The notes under the pieces are model-generated. The model had not been told where the DNA came from and made no database searches. It saw nothing but the letters and a program-made list of their open reading frames with translations. From sequence record SRR2962707_2035: a stretch of 50,966 nucleotides of DNA; one strand, written 5' to 3'. The translations under genes were made by a program, and so were the position numbers. Below are positions 47,686-50,966 of the stretch, piece by piece. The stretch's first letter is position 1. Every line of letters begins with the position of its first letter.

Positions 47686-49428
47686 ATGAGGATTATCATG
47701 CATGTTCTACGTCACGGCGGAGCCTTGCTCTCCGCCGCTCTCCTTTCATCAGTACCCGTCTGGGCACAGGACGTTCCCCAGCCCGAAGATACGACAGCCA
47801 TTGCCGATAACGAATCCGTGATCGCTCAGGATTTCATGATCGCTTCGGCACACCCGCTGGCCACCCAGGCCGGTTATGATGTTCTGGCCGCAGGCGGTTC
47901 GGCGGCCGACGCCGCAGTTGCCGTCCAGACAATGCTCGGGCTGGTCGAGCCGCAGAGCTCGGGGCTCGGCGGTGGTGCGTTCCTGCTCTACTGGGACGCA
48001 GCGACCAGCGAATTGACCACTTACGACGCGCGCGAAAAGGCGCCGCTGGCCGCCGATGGCGACTACTGGCTCGACGAGAACGGCGAAACCATGGGCTTCA
48101 TGGACGCTGTTGTCGGTGGACGGTCGGCTGGCGTACCCGGCACGCCGATGCTGCTCGAAACGCTCCATACCGATCACGGCAGCATGGATTGGGCCGAACT
48201 GCTGCAACCCGCCATCGACACTGCCGAAGACGGCTTCACCGTCACCCAGCGGATGGCGGACTCGGTTGCCGGCGCCACTGGCCTCGATACCTTCGTTGAA
48301 GCGTCCGAGTATTTCCTGCCGGGCGGCGAACCGATTGCAGAAGGCTCGACGCTGACCAATCAGGCTTATGCCGATACGCTCAAGCTCTACGCGGCCGAGG
48401 GCGCTGCGCCGTTCTATACTGGCGAGATTGCCGAGGATATCGTCGCGGCGCTCAACACCAATATCAATCCGGGCATCCTCACCATGGAGGATCTGGCAGC
48501 CTATGAGGTGGTCGTACGCGATCCGGTCTGCATGGATTATCGCGGCTATGAAGTCTGCGGCATGGGCCCACCCTCCTCGGGTGCGCTGGCCGTCGGCCAG
48601 ATCATGGGCGTACTCGAACCGTTCGACATCGGCGCAATGGAAGATGGGGTCGAATTCCGGCACCTGTTTGCCGAAGCTTCGCGGCTGGCCTTTGCAGATC
48701 GGGGGCTCTATCTGGGCGATAGCGACTTCGTCGATATCCCCGAAGGCTATCTCGACGATGGCTATCTGGCCGAACGCAGTGCGCTGATCGATCCCGAAGC
48801 CTCGATGGGCACGGCCTCCCCCGGCGTTCCTCCGGGATGGGATGAGGCGCTTCTGGCCTCCGACATCGAGCGCCCACGTGCCGGGACCTCGCATTTCGTC
48901 ATCGTCGATGCCGAAGGCAATGCGATCTCTGCGACAACGACCATCGAAAGCGGTTTCGGCAGCCGTGTCATGACCCGCGGCTACCTGCTCAACAACGAGC
49001 TGACCGACTTCTCGTTCGCGCCCGAAGCCGATGGAGCCCCCATCGCCAACCGGGTCGAACCCGGCAAGCGTCCACGCTCGTCAATGGCCCCGACCATCGT
49101 CTTTGAGAACGATGCTCCGGTGCTTTTGACCGGCAGCCCCGGCGGTGCGGCGATCATCCACTATACGGCCCTATCGCTGGTCTCGATGCTCGATTGGGGC
49201 ATGGACCCGCAAGAGGCCATCGACCTGCCGCATGTGACCAATTTCAATGGCCGCACCAATATCGAAGAGGGTGAAGGTTCGGCTGAGCTGGCTGCCGGTC
49301 TCGAAGCTCTGGGACATGAGGTCAATGTCACCAACCTCAACTCCGGCCTGCACGTCATCGCCATCACCGATGAAGGCCTAGTCGGTGCCGCCGACAAGCG
49401 CCGCGAAGGCGTCGTGATGGGCGAATAG
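47686..49428 (+). CDS. ggt: Gamma-glutamyltransferase
   Basis: Signal peptide, EPQSSGLGGG, YDARE, PPSSG, TSH nucleophile motif, LNNELTDF, KRPRSSMAP and GSPGG. The start may be ATG 47698. Confidence 0.95.
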   Translation: MRIIMHVLRHGGALLSAALLSSVPVWAQDVPQPEDTTAIADNESVIAQDFMIASAHPLATQAGYDVLAAGGSAADAAVAVQTMLGLVEPQSSGLGGGAFLLYWDAATSELTTYDAREKAPLAADGDYWLDENGETMGFMDAVVGGRSAGVPGTPMLLETLHTDHGSMDWAELLQPAIDTAEDGFTVTQRMADSVAGATGLDTFVEASEYFLPGGEPIAEGSTLTNQAYADTLKLYAAEGAAPFYTGEIAEDIVAALNTNINPGILTMEDLAAYEVVVRDPVCMDYRGYEVCGMGPPSSGALAVGQIMGVLEPFDIGAMEDGVEFRHLFAEASRLAFADRGLYLGDSDFVDIPEGYLDDGYLAERSALIDPEASMGTASPGVPPGWDEALLASDIERPRAGTSHFVIVDAEGNAISATTTIESGFGSRVMTRGYLLNNELTDFSFAPEADGAPIANRVEPGKRPRSSMAPTIVFENDAPVLLTGSPGGAAIIHYTALSLVSMLDWGMDPQEAIDLPHVTNFNGRTNIEEGEGSAELAAGLEALGHEVNVTNLNSGLHVIAITDEGLVGAADKRREGVVMGE

Positions 49429-49436
49429 CTCTTGGC

Positions 49437-49458
49437 GCGGCGCCCTTTCGGGCGCCGC
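49437..49458. terminator. Hairpin between convergent ggt and iclR genes
   Basis: gcggcgccc-tttc-gggcgccgc. Confidence 0.6.
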
Positions 49459-49459
49459 A

Positions 49460-50260
49460 TCACCTGGCCGGCAATTGCCCGCCCAAAACGAGCGTCAGTT
49501 CCTTGGCCGCCTCGGCGATCAGCCGACCGAGCACATGCAGCCGCTCGTCGCTCACACGCACCGCAAGCCCCGAAATCGAAATCGCGCACAGCGCTTCGGC
49601 CTGGGCGTTATAGACGACGGCAGCGGCGCACCTGAGGCCAGTGACGAACTCCTCGTCGTCCAGCGCATAGCCGCGCTCGCGGATAGCGGCGATGTCGGCG
49701 CGGAGCGCCGGTGCTTTGGTGATCGATTTTTCCGTAGCCTTGCGCAACCCGTGCCGGGAAATCGCAGCGTCGACATCGGCGTCGGGATAGCTGGCGAGGA
49801 TCGCCTTGCCCATCCCGGAATTGACCACAGGCGCCCTGCCCCCGACCCTGGTTATGGCGCGCATGATTTCGCGGCTTTCGATCTGGGTCAGCACCACGAC
49901 CTCCCCGTCATCGACCACACCGAGATTGACCGTTTCGCGCGTCTGGTCGCGCAGACGGCGCAGAAGGGGCAAGGCGGGTGCCACGAAATTGCGCTGCCGC
50001 ACAAAGGCGGAGCCAACCGTGAAAGCTCCGCGCCCGACATGCCACATGCCATCGGAGCGGTCGAACTGCACGAAGCGCCGCTGTTCGAGCGTGGTCAGCA
50101 GCCGGTGCACTGTGGAAACGGAAAGGCCGGTGCGCCTGGCGAGATCGGTCAGGCGATAGCCTTCCTCATCCTCGCCGAGCACTTCAAGGATGGCCATGGC
50201 CCGGTCGATCGATTGCACGATGCCCGAGCGGGGCGGCGGGCTGGTCACCATTTCATTCAT
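49460..50260 (-). CDS. IclR-family transcriptional regulator
   Basis: VQSIDRAMAIL, STVHRLLTTL, ETVNL, SGMGKAIL and RGYALDDEE motifs. Confidence 0.93.
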   Translation of the reverse strand: MNEMVTSPPPRSGIVQSIDRAMAILEVLGEDEEGYRLTDLARRTGLSVSTVHRLLTTLEQRRFVQFDRSDGMWHVGRGAFTVGSAFVRQRNFVAPALPLLRRLRDQTRETVNLGVVDDGEVVVLTQIESREIMRAITRVGGRAPVVNSGMGKAILASYPDADVDAAISRHGLRKATEKSITKAPALRADIAAIRERGYALDDEEFVTGLRCAAAVVYNAQAEALCAISISGLAVRVSDERLHVLGRLIAEAAKELTLVLGGQLPAR

Positions 50261-50444
50261 GGCCTCGTCCTCTCCTGCAACTTTCTACCATATTCGCATC
50301 CGTAATACTAAGTGGCCAGACAATAGGGGTATTTTGCCCGCCAACCAGTCACAAGCGGCGATACCCCCCATGCCCAATCGGTCACTCGCCGATCTGCTCG
50401 AAGGCCAACAGAACAGCTTCAACGCTGTGCCGGGTTGCACTCCC

Positions 50445-50476
50445 AAAAAAAAGGGCCCGCCGTAGCGAGCCCTTTT
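50445..50476 (-). terminator. Intrinsic terminator after the dehydrogenase gene
   Basis: aaaaaaaagggc-ccgccgtagcga-gccctttt (U tract on the minus strand). Confidence 0.8.
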
Positions 50477-50497
50477 CCGATCGTATCGTTTGCGATC

Positions 50498-50965
50498 TCA
50501 GCGCTTGCTGGCAATTTTGCCGGCAATGGCGGCTGCCGGATGGGTCCAGCCCTCGAACGAGAGGTCGCGTTCGCCGTTTTCGTCGCGGATCGAGGTCTGA
50601 AGGCCCATCTTGTTGAGCAGGCCCAGGAACGGCTGGGGGGGCAGTTCTTCGATATTGACCATCTTGTGGCAGTCCCAAGTGCCTTTGGCGACCAGGATCG
50701 CCGCGGCGACCGGCGGCACGCCGGCCGTGTAGGAAATGCCCTGGCTGCCCACTTCGTTATAGGCATCCTTGTGGTCAGCGACGTTGTAGATGAAGACCTC
50801 TCGGTCCTCGCCGTCTTTCTTGCCCTTCACCAGATCGCCGATGCAGGTCTTGCCCTCATAATTGGGGGCGAGCGAGGAGGGGTCGGGCAACACGGCCTTG
50901 ACCAGTTTCAGCGGCACGACTTCAAGCCCTTCGGCCGTGGTCACCGGCTGCTCGGAGAGCAGGCC
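50498..50965 (-). CDS. Saccharopine dehydrogenase family / carboxynorspermidine dehydrogenase, C-terminal part
   Basis: GLLSEQPVTTAEGLEVVPLK..VLPDPSSL..GKTCIG..EVGSQGISYTAGVP; the frame is open to the window edge. Confidence 0.85.
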   Translation of the reverse strand, partial: GLLSEQPVTTAEGLEVVPLKLVKAVLPDPSSLAPNYEGKTCIGDLVKGKKDGEDREVFIYNVADHKDAYNEVGSQGISYTAGVPPVAAAILVAKGTWDCHKMVNIEELPPQPFLGLLNKMGLQTSIRDENGERDLSFEGWTHPAAAIAGKIASKR

Positions 50966-50966
50966 G

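Overview
GC-rich alphaproteobacterial-type chromosomal window with three parts. (1) 1-2201 is the right end of a mobile/defence element: an MmeI/YeeA-like DNA methyltransferase running off the left edge and a short, probably truncated GHKL ATPase gene. (2) About 2202-40493 is a ~38-kb catabolic island. It lies between two imperfect ~107-bp direct repeats, and the right copy ends in a 21-nt tRNA-Gln-like 3' end (attR-like). It carries a flavin monooxygenase, a gentisate-type dioxygenase, an FAH hydrolase, PrpB/PrpF/PrpD-family enzymes, many oxidoreductases and four classes of solute-binding-protein transporter. It has one LysR gene and no integrase, and a bipartite LysR-type motif (AGAC-N7-GTAT-like) recurs in front of 7-8 of its operons. 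(3) 40494-end is backbone. It contains an unusual operon of UDP-sulfoquinovose synthase (sqdB), a BcsB-like periplasmic protein and a processive QxxRW GT2, which is a candidate synthase for a sulfoquinovose-containing polysaccharide. It also has a DHA2 MFS pump, ggt, an IclR regulator and a partial carboxynorspermidine/saccharopine dehydrogenase. All assignments come from motif recognition by eye; no database searches were run.
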